A DNA stretch of 62,421 nucleotides, counting the filler. It is 6 parts of 6 records of this genome, joined end to end, with 100 filler letters (N's around TTAATTAATTAA, not from the genome) between each part and the next. Parts side by side here need not be neighbours in the genome. Positions count along the whole stretch, not along the records: positions 1 to 23,486 come from SRR20825010_3187; positions 23,587 to 30,868 come from SRR20825010_3189; 4 more parts are not named here. One strand, 5' to 3'. The notes below the pieces were generated by a model. It was not told the origin of the DNA, did not search any database, and saw nothing but the letters and a program-made list of their open reading frames with translations. Shown in pieces: positions 20,485 through 30,384 of this stretch. A program made the translations under genes and the position numbers. Position 1 is the first letter of the stretch. Every line of letters starts with the position of its first letter.

Positions 20485-22083
20485 ATGAATGATTCAATGA
20501 ATTCCATACCGTCTCGCCGACACGACTTGGATGCGTTGCGAGGCATCGCGATGTTGCTGGGCATTTTCCTGCACGCCGCCATCGCGTATTCGCCTGATGC
20601 GGGCCGTGGTTGGCCGATTCAAGATTCACAGAGCAGTCAAATCACATCGTTGTTCATCGCGATGGTGCACGGCTTTCGGATGCCGTTGTTTTTTCTGTTG
20701 AGCGGCTTCTTCACCATGATGCTCTATCGGCGTCGCGGAATGTCCAAGCTGATTGAGCACCGCATCCTGCGCATCGCGATTCCATTTGTGATTGGTATGT
20801 CCACCATCATTCCATCGATCTGGATCGTTGCTGGCCACATCCAGGCTAACCCATCGGCCAATGTCACGGTGTTTGATGAAACCGACTTGTTAATTCCCGT
20901 CGTCCAAGATGACTTGGCAGCGGTGGAAAAAGCATTGGCAGCGGGAGCTGATGTCAATCAACGATCCGAGCAAGGTGATTCACCGTTTTTAGTGGCCGCG
21001 TTCCTTGGGCGTGATGACATTGCCGAGGTGTTGTTGGATCACGACGCTGATCCCGAACTCGGGAATCACAAAGGAGAGCGACCGATCGATGTGATGCGGG
21101 CTCCATGGGGAACGACCGAGTTCGTGGCGGGGTTGTTGCAGATCGAAGTGGACCGCGAGGACGTGGAATCCGGCCGAGAAAAGATCGCAGCGATGATGGG
21201 CGAAACACTGTCAGGACCAAGCTCGGGCATGGCCACTGATGGCGGTGCCAACGCGGTGGACTGGAAAGGGTTGATGTTCTTGCTGTTTGAGTTTCCCGCG
21301 ACCGGTCACCTTTGGTTTCTTTGGTTCTTGTGCTTTTTAGTGACGGGGTTCGTGCTCGTCATGACGTTGACCCCTCGGGGATGGCGTTCAAGATTGAGCC
21401 TCGCGACGGTGGTTCGGTCGCCGCACTGTTTGCTGTGGTTGATTCCGCTGACGATGTTGCCGCATTGGTTCATGCGGCACGAAGGCTTCGGGCCCGCAAC
21501 ATCAGTCGGCCTGCTGCCGATGCCATCGGTGCTGGCGTACTACGCGTTGTTTTTCGGATTTGGTGCGATCTACTTCGACGCCGATGATCACGATGGAAAT
21601 CTTAGTCGTGGATGGAAGATCAGTTTGCCACTGTCTCTCACGGTCCTGTTCGGAATTGGGTGGGCATTGAGAGGGCAAACGGATGGGGGAGGGTTGGTTG
21701 CGTCCGTGTTGATTCAATCCGCTTATGCGTGGTGTGTTTCCTTCGGCATGATGGGATTGTTTCGGACGCTCTTTGCTCACCCCAGTCGCTCGCTGCGATA
21801 CTTGTCCGACTCGAGCTACTGGTTGTACCTCGCTCACCTTCCACTGGTGATGTATTTGCAGTTTTGGGTTCGAGACTGGGAAGTCCCGTTGCTGGTGAAG
21901 TTCACGGTGGTCAGCGTGATTTCAAGCGTGGTGCTGTTGATCAGCTACCAAGTCTTCGTTCGCTACACTCCGATCGGATGGTTGCTCAACGGAAAGCGAA
22001 AACCAGCGGCGCCAAACGTGAACGAGCCGAGCGCGAATGACGCGCCCGGCTCGGAAGTCGTTGCCGCTCAGTTGGTCCGCTAG
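20485..22083 (+). CDS. Acyltransferase-3 (MdoC/OpgC-like) with internal ankyrin repeats
   Basis: RRHDLDALR, FRMPLFFLLSGFF, HLWFL, SYWLYLAHLP; internal GADVN...GDSPFLVAAFLG ankyrin. Confidence 0.88.
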   Translation: MNDSMNSIPSRRHDLDALRGIAMLLGIFLHAAIAYSPDAGRGWPIQDSQSSQITSLFIAMVHGFRMPLFFLLSGFFTMMLYRRRGMSKLIEHRILRIAIPFVIGMSTIIPSIWIVAGHIQANPSANVTVFDETDLLIPVVQDDLAAVEKALAAGADVNQRSEQGDSPFLVAAFLGRDDIAEVLLDHDADPELGNHKGERPIDVMRAPWGTTEFVAGLLQIEVDREDVESGREKIAAMMGETLSGPSSGMATDGGANAVDWKGLMFLLFEFPATGHLWFLWFLCFLVTGFVLVMTLTPRGWRSRLSLATVVRSPHCLLWLIPLTMLPHWFMRHEGFGPATSVGLLPMPSVLAYYALFFGFGAIYFDADDHDGNLSRGWKISLPLSLTVLFGIGWALRGQTDGGGLVASVLIQSAYAWCVSFGMMGLFRTLFAHPSRSLRYLSDSSYWLYLAHLPLVMYLQFWVRDWEVPLLVKFTVVSVISSVVLLISYQVFVRYTPIGWLLNGKRKPAAPNVNEPSANDAPGSEVVAAQLVR

Positions 22084-23306
22084 TGAGACGTTTCCAGGAC
22101 TTCGCCTTTGGGTTGGCCCATCTGTGAAAGCAGGTCACCGAACCATTCCACGTTGATGTCGAAAGGTTTGCCGCCGGCGATGCGTTCAAACTCGATGGCA
22201 CGAAGCTCGTTGTTTTGATCTTCGTCTTCTCCGACCACACCACCGATGCCCTGCATGGCACATTCGACGGCTTTCTTGGCACAGCGACCGATCAGCGCGA
22301 TGTCTTCCGCGTTGGCGGCGGCGGCACGACTGAAGTAGCCGCTCTTTTGCACAAGCGTTTTTTCGGCACCCAACATGTCAGCGAACTGTTTGCCGAACCA
22401 TTTGCCTGGGTTCACTGCGTCCAGTTTGTAGTGGCCGAATGCATCTTTGGGGACGCTTTCGCCGCGTGATTCCATTTCCTTGACGATGGTGTCGACGCCA
22501 GCACCTTCGGAGATGAAGATGTTGACGCAATCGATCTCATCCATGATCGCCCGCAAACGTTTGGCTTCTTCTTCGAGGTCAAAACTCATCTCAGGAACAA
22601 AGACGCCGTGCACGTCACGACGTTCTTGACTGAGTCCCATTTCAGGCAAGAAGTTGAGCTTCTGCAAACGTTCGCGATATTTGGCTGCGGTGGCGGCGGT
22701 CAACCAACCACAGTTGCGACCCATGACTTCGTGAATGATCAGCATGCGTGGATTGGCGTTGTGTTCGCCGACCACATTTTCAAAGAACTTGGCGCCTTCT
22801 TCGGCGGCGGTCCAAGCACCCAAACTTTGTTTGATGGGGATGACGTCGTTGTCGATCGTCTTGGGCAAACCAACAACCGTCAGTTGATATTCGTGCTTGG
22901 CCAAATAAGCGGCCAAGTCCGCTGCGGTGGTGTTGGTGTCGTCGCCACCGATGGTGTGCAACACGTCGACTTCGTCTGATTGCAATCTCTCCGCGGCAAC
23001 CTGCAGTGGATCTTGTCCTTCGCTGACCAAACCACGTTTCACACAATCGGCAACGTTGGTCAGTTTGACCCGGCTGTTGCCGATGGGGCTGCCACCATGC
23101 TGGTGCAAGATCGCCGCGTTCTTTCGCGAATGGTCATCGACGACGAAGCTGTCGCCGAGAAGCAAGCCTTTGTAACCAGAGCGGTAGCAGATGATTTCGA
23201 TTTCAGGAGCTTGCTCTGTGTAGGCTTCAATCAAGGCTCCGATGGCCGATGACAGACACGGGGCCAAGCCACCAGCGGTGAGAATTCCGACACGTTTGAT
23301 TGACAT
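22080..23306 (-). CDS. pfp: Pyrophosphate-dependent phosphofructokinase
   Basis: LTAGGLAPC, GGDDT and PKTIDND (PPi-type signature), EVMGRNCG. Confidence 0.93.
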   Translation of the reverse strand: MSIKRVGILTAGGLAPCLSSAIGALIEAYTEQAPEIEIICYRSGYKGLLLGDSFVVDDHSRKNAAILHQHGGSPIGNSRVKLTNVADCVKRGLVSEGQDPLQVAAERLQSDEVDVLHTIGGDDTNTTAADLAAYLAKHEYQLTVVGLPKTIDNDVIPIKQSLGAWTAAEEGAKFFENVVGEHNANPRMLIIHEVMGRNCGWLTAATAAKYRERLQKLNFLPEMGLSQERRDVHGVFVPEMSFDLEEEAKRLRAIMDEIDCVNIFISEGAGVDTIVKEMESRGESVPKDAFGHYKLDAVNPGKWFGKQFADMLGAEKTLVQKSGYFSRAAAANAEDIALIGRCAKKAVECAMQGIGGVVGEDEDQNNELRAIEFERIAGGKPFDINVEWFGDLLSQMGQPKGEVLETSH

Positions 23307-23486
23307 GAGGATAGGTTCCGAAAGCTCAAGGGACGCGAACGCGTGAATTTTCCAAGAGCGTATCGAATCCTTGGAATTTCGTCGCCCCGTCAGGAGGTGG
23401 AGACAGCTTTCCCCAGTGCAAAGTTTCAACGATTCGCAGTTCAGGGGGAATCGTGTTTATTGAAAAAGTTAAATTGACAATTGTAA

Positions 23487-23586
23487 NNNNNNNNNNNNNN
23501 NNNNNNNNNNNNNNNNNNNNNNNNNNNNNNTTAATTAATTAANNNNNNNNNNNNNNNNNNNNNNNNNNNNNNNNNNNNNNNNNNNN
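23487..23586. other. Artificial contig spacer
   Basis: N-run, TTAATTAATTAA, N-run. Confidence 0.99.
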
Positions 23587-23631
23587 CTTTTCGGTTGAGG
23601 GCATACGTCTTATCGGCCATGGGAGGTTTCT

Positions 23632-24552
23632 ATGATCCGCGTTACCGATATTGCCTATGTGCGCTTTGCAGCGCCTGACCTTGCCGAGATGGAAACCTTT
23701 CTTGGCGAGTTTGGCATGGATATCGTGCGGAAATCCGACAGTGTGATCTATGCCCGGGGCAGCGCCGCGCGGCCTTTCGGCCATGTCACGGAAATGGGTG
23801 CGCCTGCCTTTCTCGGTCTCGGCTTCTATGCCGAAACGCTCGACGATCTGGCGCAGTTGGCATCAGAGAACAATGTCGCGGTTGAAGACCATGATGCACC
23901 GGGTGGCGGCAAGATCGTACGCCTCAGCGATCCTGATGGGTTCCGCGTAGAGATCGTGGCTGGCCAGACCTTGCCTGTCGAAAAGCCTCTGACCCGTTCG
24001 CTTGTTCACAATGATGCCCGTGTCCGCCCGCGCAAGGGTGACCCGCTGTGTGTTGCCGCCGGTCCCTCGCAGGTCATGCGTCTTGGTCATGCGGTCATCA
24101 ATGTCACCGATTTTCGTGTCAGCGAGCAGTGGTACAAATCGCGGCTCGGGCTTGTGACTTCGGACGAAATTGAGCTGGCTCCTGACATGCCGCTCGGTGC
24201 CTTCCTGCGCTGTGATCGCGGTGCCATTCATGTCGATCACCACACGCTTTTTCTTGTTGGCACAGGCAAGCCCGGCTTCAACCATGCCGCTTTCGAGGTC
24301 GCTCATATGGACGATCTGATGGTCGGGCATAATCATCTCATCGCAAAAGGCCGCCAGCATGAATGGGGCGTTGGACGTCACATTCTTGGCAGCCAGATTT
24401 TCGATTATTGGCGTGACCCGTGGGGCCACACGGTCGAGCACTGGACCGATGGTGATCTCTTCAACAACGAGACGCCGCCCAATAAACGCAGCTTGCAGGA
24501 TCTGATGGGCAATCAATGGGGCCCTGAGGCCCCGCCCACAATGGGCGCTTGA
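23632..24552 (+). CDS. Two-domain VOC extradiol dioxygenase-like protein (trihydroxytoluene oxygenase DntD-like)
   Basis: RLGHAV, DHHTL, NHAAFEV, WGVGRHILGSQIFDYWRDPWG..VEH; GGAGG RBS. Confidence 0.85.
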   Translation: MIRVTDIAYVRFAAPDLAEMETFLGEFGMDIVRKSDSVIYARGSAARPFGHVTEMGAPAFLGLGFYAETLDDLAQLASENNVAVEDHDAPGGGKIVRLSDPDGFRVEIVAGQTLPVEKPLTRSLVHNDARVRPRKGDPLCVAAGPSQVMRLGHAVINVTDFRVSEQWYKSRLGLVTSDEIELAPDMPLGAFLRCDRGAIHVDHHTLFLVGTGKPGFNHAAFEVAHMDDLMVGHNHLIAKGRQHEWGVGRHILGSQIFDYWRDPWGHTVEHWTDGDLFNNETPPNKRSLQDLMGNQWGPEAPPTMGA

Positions 24553-24582
24553 GCCACAAGATATTCAGGGAGACAGAAACAA

Positions 24583-25440
24583 ATGAAACTCGCAACCTAT
24601 AGCCAAAATGGCAAAACCGGCCTCGGCCTTGTGCGCGGCGATGCCATTGTCGATATCTCGTCCATCGCGCCCGACATGATTGCGCTGATCTCCGACGAGG
24701 CTTTGCTGGCAAAAGCACGGGCGGTCTCGGCCGATGCGCCTTCCGTGCCGCTTGCCTCCGTCACATTACGCGCGCCTGTTCTCAATCCGGGCAAAATCCT
24801 CGCCATCGGTCTCAACTATCGTGATCATGTCGAGGAGAGCAACATGGCTCTGCCCGAACATCAGGTCTGGTTCAACAAGCAGCATAATTGCATCAACGAT
24901 CCCTTCGGCGGCATCAACAAGCCGGTCGTCTCCGATTTCCTCGATTACGAAGGCGAGATGTGCTTTGTTATCTCCAAGCGTTGCAAGCATGTGCCTGTTG
25001 AACGCGCGCATGAAGTCATCGGCGGCTATTTCATCGGCAATGACGTGACGGTGCGTGACTGGCAGTTGCGCACGAATACATGGCAGATCGGCAAGAGCTT
25101 CGACACGCATGGTCCTGTCGGCCCGTGGATCGTGACACCGGACGAATTGGGCGATCCCCACACGCTCGACATCAAGACATTTGTGAACGGCGAAGAGCGC
25201 CAGTCGTCCAATACCAAACACCTCATCTTCAACTGCTTCGATCAGGTCGCCCATCTCACGCAGGCTTTTACGCTGGATGCAGGCGATATCATTTTCTCCG
25301 GTACACCGTCGGGTGTCGGCATGGCGCTCAAGCCTCCTTCCGTTCTTAAAGTGGGTGATAAAGTCCGTGTGGAAATCGAAAAGCTCGGTCACATCGAAAA
25401 CCATGTCGTGCTGGAAGATGGCGCGACCGTGATCGAATAA
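24583..25440 (+). CDS. Fumarylacetoacetate hydrolase-family protein
   Basis: IGLNYRDH, DYEGE, NDVTVRDWQ, GKSFDT, GTPSGVG. Confidence 0.93.
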   Translation: MKLATYSQNGKTGLGLVRGDAIVDISSIAPDMIALISDEALLAKARAVSADAPSVPLASVTLRAPVLNPGKILAIGLNYRDHVEESNMALPEHQVWFNKQHNCINDPFGGINKPVVSDFLDYEGEMCFVISKRCKHVPVERAHEVIGGYFIGNDVTVRDWQLRTNTWQIGKSFDTHGPVGPWIVTPDELGDPHTLDIKTFVNGEERQSSNTKHLIFNCFDQVAHLTQAFTLDAGDIIFSGTPSGVGMALKPPSVLKVGDKVRVEIEKLGHIENHVVLEDGATVIE

Positions 25441-25453
25441 GGGGCGTTTCACA

Positions 25454-26932
25454 ATGCAGGGGATAGAGCAGCGCGATGTGGTTATCGCGGGTCTCGGGCC
25501 TGTGGGTGCCACGCTTGGCATCTATCTGGCCAAGGCCGGTCATACGGTGATGATTGCCGAGCGTGATCGTGACGTCTATCCGCTGCCGCGGGCAGCCCAT
25601 CTCGACCATGAAGTCATGCGCCTTCTCCACATGGCAGGCGGCGCTGACGCAGTGCTTGCCGCTTCCCAATCACTTTCCACCTACGAGTTCCGCAATGCGG
25701 CAGGCGATCTGCTTATGGGCTTCCGTCCCGATCCGCATATGAAGGCCACAGGCTTTCCGCAGGGCAATATGTTCCACCAGCCGACGCTGGAACTTGCGCT
25801 GCGCGAGGAGCTTTCGCGCTTGCCCAATGTGCAGGTGCATCTGGGTACGCTCGTCACAGGCTATGAGGAAGAGGATGAGCGGATCATCGTGCGATTGCGT
25901 GATGATCAGGGCACACGCGAAATTTCTACCCGCTTTCTTGTCGGTTGCGATGGCGGCGGCTCGCAGGTTCGTCGCAGCGCTGGTATCGGACTTGATGACC
26001 TGGATTTTGACGAGCCTTGGCTTGTTATCGACGCGGTGCTGAAAAACGGTGTTGATCGTCTGACCTCTATCGGTCTCCAGCATTGCGATCCTGCACGACC
26101 CGTCACTTCCATGCCCATGGCGCCGGGGCGTCATCGCTGGGAGTTCATGATGTTGCCAGGCGAGACGGCTGACGATGTGACGAGCGATGACGTGCTGGCT
26201 GACCTTGTGCGCCCCTTTGCCGATCCGGAATCGATTGAGATCGAACGCCGCGCGGTCTATCGCTTCCATGCAGTCACGGCCAAGGCTTGGCGCAAAGGAC
26301 GTGTGCTGTTGGCGGGCGATGCCGCACACCAGATGCCACCATTTATGGGGCAGGGGCTTTGCTCCGGCGTGCGTGATGCCGCCAACCTTGCTTGGAAGCT
26401 TGATGCGGTCTTGCAGGGTGATGCGTCTTCCGCGCTGCTTGATACCTATCAGCCTGAACGCGACCCCCATGTCCGGGCCATCACGGGTCTGGCGATTTTC
26501 ATGGGGCAGGTTGTCTGCACGCAGGATCCCGCCGCCGCCGCCGCGCGCGATGCCGACATGACCTCAAAGCCAGAGGCTGACCGTATGGGCGGTGGCATGC
26601 CGCCTCTCGATGGGCTTTCAACGGGCATTGTCGCGGGCCATCCCGCCGCTGGTCAGATCGCGCCGGAACCGCGCCTGGCCGATGGTCGCCGCATCGACGA
26701 TGTGATCGGCCTCGTGCCTTATCTTGTGGTGCGAGAGCCATCGGGCCTTGCCGGCTTTGCAGGCAAAGGCCGCGTCTTTGCCGCTGCCGATCTTAAGGAC
26801 GAATATGGCGTGTTCGCCGCAACGATGGGCGATGCGCCTGCCATGCTCGTTCGGCCTGACCGTCTGGTCTTTGGTGCAGGCGAGGCAATGGCTCTTGTTG
26901 ATGCATGGGCGGCCTATCTCGGCCAGCACTAG
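25454..26932 (+). CDS. FAD-dependent aromatic hydroxylase (MhpA/DntB-like)
   Basis: GLGPVG, GCDGGGS, GDAAHQMPPFMGQGLCSGVRDAANLAWKL. Confidence 0.9.
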   Translation: MQGIEQRDVVIAGLGPVGATLGIYLAKAGHTVMIAERDRDVYPLPRAAHLDHEVMRLLHMAGGADAVLAASQSLSTYEFRNAAGDLLMGFRPDPHMKATGFPQGNMFHQPTLELALREELSRLPNVQVHLGTLVTGYEEEDERIIVRLRDDQGTREISTRFLVGCDGGGSQVRRSAGIGLDDLDFDEPWLVIDAVLKNGVDRLTSIGLQHCDPARPVTSMPMAPGRHRWEFMMLPGETADDVTSDDVLADLVRPFADPESIEIERRAVYRFHAVTAKAWRKGRVLLAGDAAHQMPPFMGQGLCSGVRDAANLAWKLDAVLQGDASSALLDTYQPERDPHVRAITGLAIFMGQVVCTQDPAAAAARDADMTSKPEADRMGGGMPPLDGLSTGIVAGHPAAGQIAPEPRLADGRRIDDVIGLVPYLVVREPSGLAGFAGKGRVFAAADLKDEYGVFAATMGDAPAMLVRPDRLVFGAGEAMALVDAWAAYLGQH

Positions 26933-27076
26933 CGGCTCCCCGCCATCCCCCTTTGCAATTGCGCCTCCAGCCTTGGCATACTCAGTGCCATCGGATTGCA
27001 GCGCCATGCGGGCTATATAATCACTTAAATTTTGTGTTATATATTTCTTTTCCTCATATCGTTCGTAAAATATCCG

Positions 27077-27121
27077 TTGACTCGCTCTCTGCCTCCTGAT
27101 TACCCTACTAACTCGATAGAC
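27077..27121 (+). promoter_or_regulatory. Putative sigma70 promoter and Rrf2 operator upstream of rrf2
   Basis: TTGACT at 27077, TACCCT at 27101; CCCTACTAACTCGATAGAC at 27103-27121 resembles the box before sbp. Confidence 0.45.
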
Positions 27122-27125
27122 AAAC

Positions 27126-27563
27126 ATGCTCTCTCAGAAAGCCAAATATGCGTTGAAGGCCATGCTTGCACTGGCCGCGGAAACCGAAGGCGATCTTTTG
27201 CAGGCCGGTGACATCTCGGCCGGTCAGAATGTTCCCCGCAAGTTTCTGGAACTGATCCTGCTGGAATTGCGCAAGGCAGGCCTGGTCAATTCGCATCGCG
27301 GCAAACACGGGGGCTATGCTTTGGCGAAACCGGCCGACACCATCACTTTCGGCCAGATCGTGCGCATCATGGACGGCCCGCTTGCCCCCATTCCCTGCGC
27401 CAGCCTGACAGGCTATCGCCGTTGTGCGGATTGTCAGGACGAGTTGAACTGCGCCGTGCGGCGGACCATGCGTGAGGTTCGCGATGCGGCGGCCCAAATT
27501 CTGGACGGCATGACCCTGGCACAGGCCATGGGGACAAGCCGGATCAAAGCGCTCGGACTTTAG
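27126..27563 (+). CDS. Rrf2-family transcriptional regulator
   Basis: KYALKAML...GLVNSHRGKHGGYAL; C-terminal CAS...CADC...C. Confidence 0.93.
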   Translation: MLSQKAKYALKAMLALAAETEGDLLQAGDISAGQNVPRKFLELILLELRKAGLVNSHRGKHGGYALAKPADTITFGQIVRIMDGPLAPIPCASLTGYRRCADCQDELNCAVRRTMREVRDAAAQILDGMTLAQAMGTSRIKALGL

Positions 27564-27600
27564 GCGGGTAGGGGAACGCGACACTCTCCTTTCGCTTTTT

Positions 27601-27623
27601 AAGTCTAGTCATTTGATCGACTT
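27601..27623. promoter_or_regulatory. Putative Rrf2 operator upstream of sbp
   Basis: Imperfect palindrome AAGTCTAGTCATTTGATCGACTT. Confidence 0.5.
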
Positions 27624-27643
27624 TAACGGCGGCGGAGTGTGAA

Positions 27644-28681
27644 ATGAACAACGGCCCTTCCGGTTCCCTGACCGCGCTCACCTTGCGCAGCCTCCTGCTG
27701 CTTGGGGCGCTGGTCCTGCTTCTGGCCTCTGTTTGCGAGGTGCGCGCCGACAGCAAGCTGCTCAATGTGTCCTATGATCCGACGCGCGAATTATTCGAGG
27801 AGGTCAATCAGGCCTTTATCGCGCAGCAAAAAGCGGCAGGCGGCGAAACAGTCTCCATCCGTCAGAGCCATGGCGGCTCGGGCAAGCAGGCCCGCTCCGT
27901 GGTGGATGGTCTGCGGGCCGATGTGGTCACGTTGGCGCTTGCCGCCGATATTGACCAGATCGCCGCGCTGACAGGCAAGCTGCCCGCCGACTGGCAGTCC
28001 CGTCTTCCGCATAACAGCTCGCCCTACACCTCCGTCATCAATTTTGTCGTGCGCAAGGGCAATCCCAAAGCGATCCGCGACTGGTCCGATCTTGCGCGCG
28101 CCGATGTCTCTGTCATCACACCCAATCCCAAAACATCGGGCGGCGCGCGCTGGAATTTTCTGGCCGCCTATGCCTATGGCCTCAAGCATCATCAGGGTGA
28201 TGCGGAAAAGGCCCGCGCCTTTGTCGGCGCCATCTATGCCAATGCGCCGGTTCTCGACACAGGCGCGCGGGCTTCCACCACTTCCTTTGCACGCCGCGGC
28301 CTCGGCGATGTGCTGATCTCGTGGGAGAGCGAAAGCTATCTCATCTTGCAGCAGTTTCCCGACGAGTTCGAGATCGTCTATCCCTCGCTCTCCATTCTCA
28401 CCGAGCCGCCTGTCGCCGTGATCGATGCCAATGCCGGGGCGCATCAGGCGCTTGATCTGGCCAATGCCTATCTGCAATTCCTCTACACGCCCGCCGCCCA
28501 GAAGATCGCGGCTGCGCATTTCTTCCGCCCGCGCGATCCCTCAGCGGTTGCTGCCGCCGATCTTGCGCGCTTTCCCGCGCTTGAACTTGTGACCATCGAC
28601 AAGGATTTCGGCGGCTGGGACGCGGCGCAAAAAACATTCTTTGCCGATGGCGGCATTTTCGACCAGATTTTCAAACGTTGA
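27644..28681 (+). CDS. sbp: Sulfate ABC transporter substrate-binding protein
   Basis: LLNVSYDPTREL, QSHGGSGKQAR, NPKTSGGARWNF. Confidence 0.95.
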   Translation: MNNGPSGSLTALTLRSLLLLGALVLLLASVCEVRADSKLLNVSYDPTRELFEEVNQAFIAQQKAAGGETVSIRQSHGGSGKQARSVVDGLRADVVTLALAADIDQIAALTGKLPADWQSRLPHNSSPYTSVINFVVRKGNPKAIRDWSDLARADVSVITPNPKTSGGARWNFLAAYAYGLKHHQGDAEKARAFVGAIYANAPVLDTGARASTTSFARRGLGDVLISWESESYLILQQFPDEFEIVYPSLSILTEPPVAVIDANAGAHQALDLANAYLQFLYTPAAQKIAAAHFFRPRDPSAVAAADLARFPALELVTIDKDFGGWDAAQKTFFADGGIFDQIFKR

Positions 28682-28708
28682 TGCGCTTGCAAGTCTGAGG
28701 GAATACCC

Positions 28709-29545
28709 ATGGTCTTTCGCCGCGTGCCATCTGTCTTGCCGGGTTTCGGCCTCACTTTGGGTCTTACCCTCACATGGACGTCACTCATCGTCTTGCTGCC
28801 GCTTGCCGCCTTGGTTTGGCGGGCCAGCGGCCTGGGGCTGTCGGGTCTTGCCGAACTTGCGCTGGAGCCGCGTGTCTTTGCCGCTCTGCGTCTCAGCTTT
28901 CTGGCCGCTCTCATCGGTGCGGCCATCAATGCGCTTGCGGGGCTTGCCATTGCATGGGTGCTTGTGCGTTATCGCTTTGCCGGTCGCCGCTTTCTTGATG
29001 CCATGATCGACCTGCCTTTCGCATTGCCGACCGCCGTGTCAGGGCTTGCGCTTGCCGCGCTCTATGCACCCAATGGCTGGCTCGGCGCGCCCTTGGCACA
29101 GCTCGGCATAAAGATCGCCTTCACCCCGTCGGCCATTGTCATTGCCTGTATGTTTGTCGGCCTGCCTTTTGTCGTGCGTCAGGTGCAGCCTGTGCTGGCC
29201 GATTTCGATCTCTCGCTGGAAGAAGCCGCCGCCACGCTTGGCGCAACGCGCTTGCAGGCCATCACCCGTGTCGTGCTGCCAGCCCTTGTGCCGGCCCTTC
29301 TCACCGGTTTTGCGCTCGCCTTTGCGCGTGGTGTGGGCGAATACGGTTCCATCATTTTCATTGCGGGCAATCTGCCATTCGTGTCTGAAATCGCGCCGCT
29401 TCTCATCATTATCCGGCTGGAAGAGTTCGACTATGAAGGCGCGACCGCCATCGCGGTGCTGATGCTCGTCATGTCGTTTCTCGTGTTGCTCGGCGTCAAT
29501 CTGCTGCAAGGCTGGAGCCGTCGCCGCAGTGGCCACGCGTCATAA
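28709..29545 (+). CDS. cysT: Sulfate ABC transporter permease CysT
   Basis: DLPFALPTAV, EEAAATLGA, GEYGSIIFIAGN. Confidence 0.95.
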   Translation: MVFRRVPSVLPGFGLTLGLTLTWTSLIVLLPLAALVWRASGLGLSGLAELALEPRVFAALRLSFLAALIGAAINALAGLAIAWVLVRYRFAGRRFLDAMIDLPFALPTAVSGLALAALYAPNGWLGAPLAQLGIKIAFTPSAIVIACMFVGLPFVVRQVQPVLADFDLSLEEAAATLGATRLQAITRVVLPALVPALLTGFALAFARGVGEYGSIIFIAGNLPFVSEIAPLLIIIRLEEFDYEGATAIAVLMLVMSFLVLLGVNLLQGWSRRRSGHAS

Positions 29546-29559
29546 GGGAGCGGGGGATC

Positions 29560-30384
29560 ATGTCGCGACACACACCAGTCCATGATGCCGCGCCCGCCCG
29601 CTGGGCGCTTATCGGGTTTGCGCTTGTCTGGCTGACAGGATTTTTGCTTCTGCCATTGCTCGTCGTCTTTGCCGAGGCTTTCGCGCAAGGTGTCTCGGCT
29701 TACTGGGCCGCCCTTGTCGATCCCGATGCGCTTTCCGCCATCCGGCTCACCTTGCTGGTCAGCGCCATTGCCGTGCCGGTCAATCTTGTCTTCGGCCTTG
29801 TCGCCTCATGGGCGCTGGCAAAGTTCCAGTTCAGGGGCCGTGATGTCATCGCCACTTTGATCGACCTGCCGTTTTCGGTGTCGCCCGTCGTCTCCGGTCT
29901 GGTCTTTGTCCTGCTCTTTGGGGCCAGTGGTCTTTTTGCGCCTTTGCTTGCCGCCCATGACGTGCAGATCATCTTTGCCGTGCCGGGCATTGTCATTGCC
30001 ACGATCTTTGTCACCTTCCCCTTTGTCGCCCGTCAGCTCATCCCGCTCATGCAGGCGCAGGGCACGGACGAGGAAGAAGCCGCTCTTTCGCTTGGTGCAT
30101 CGGGATTTGTCACATTTCTGCGTGTCACTTTGCCCAATATCAAATGGGCGCTGCTTTATGGTGTGCTTCTGTCCAATGCGCGCGCCATGGGCGAGTTTGG
30201 TGCGGTCTCGGTTGTCTCGGGTCACATTCGCGGTCTCACGAATACGCTGCCGCTGCATGTCGAGATTTTGTATAATGAGTATAACTTTGTAGCGGCCTTT
30301 GCTGTGGCGTCCCTTCTCGCGCTGCTCGCGCTTGTCACACTGGCCCTCAAGACAATTCTGGAATGGCGTCACAATGGTAGCTGA
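29560..30384 (+). CDS. cysW: Sulfate ABC transporter permease CysW
   Basis: [31 protein letters not shown]. Confidence 0.95.
   Translation: MSRHTPVHDAAPARWALIGFALVWLTGFLLLPLLVVFAEAFAQGVSAYWAALVDPDALSAIRLTLLVSAIAVPVNLVFGLVASWALAKFQFRGRDVIATLIDLPFSVSPVVSGLVFVLLFGASGLFAPLLAAHDVQIIFAVPGIVIATIFVTFPFVARQLIPLMQAQGTDEEEAALSLGASGFVTFLRVTLPNIKWALLYGVLLSNARAMGEFGAVSVVSGHIRGLTNTLPLHVEILYNEYNFVAAFAVASLLALLALVTLALKTILEWRHNGS

Noticed and set aside
23531..23542. Recurrent TTAATTAATTAA between N runs as a repeat, CRISPR or CtrA site
   Set aside because: Artificial all-frame-stop linker, identical at all five junctions
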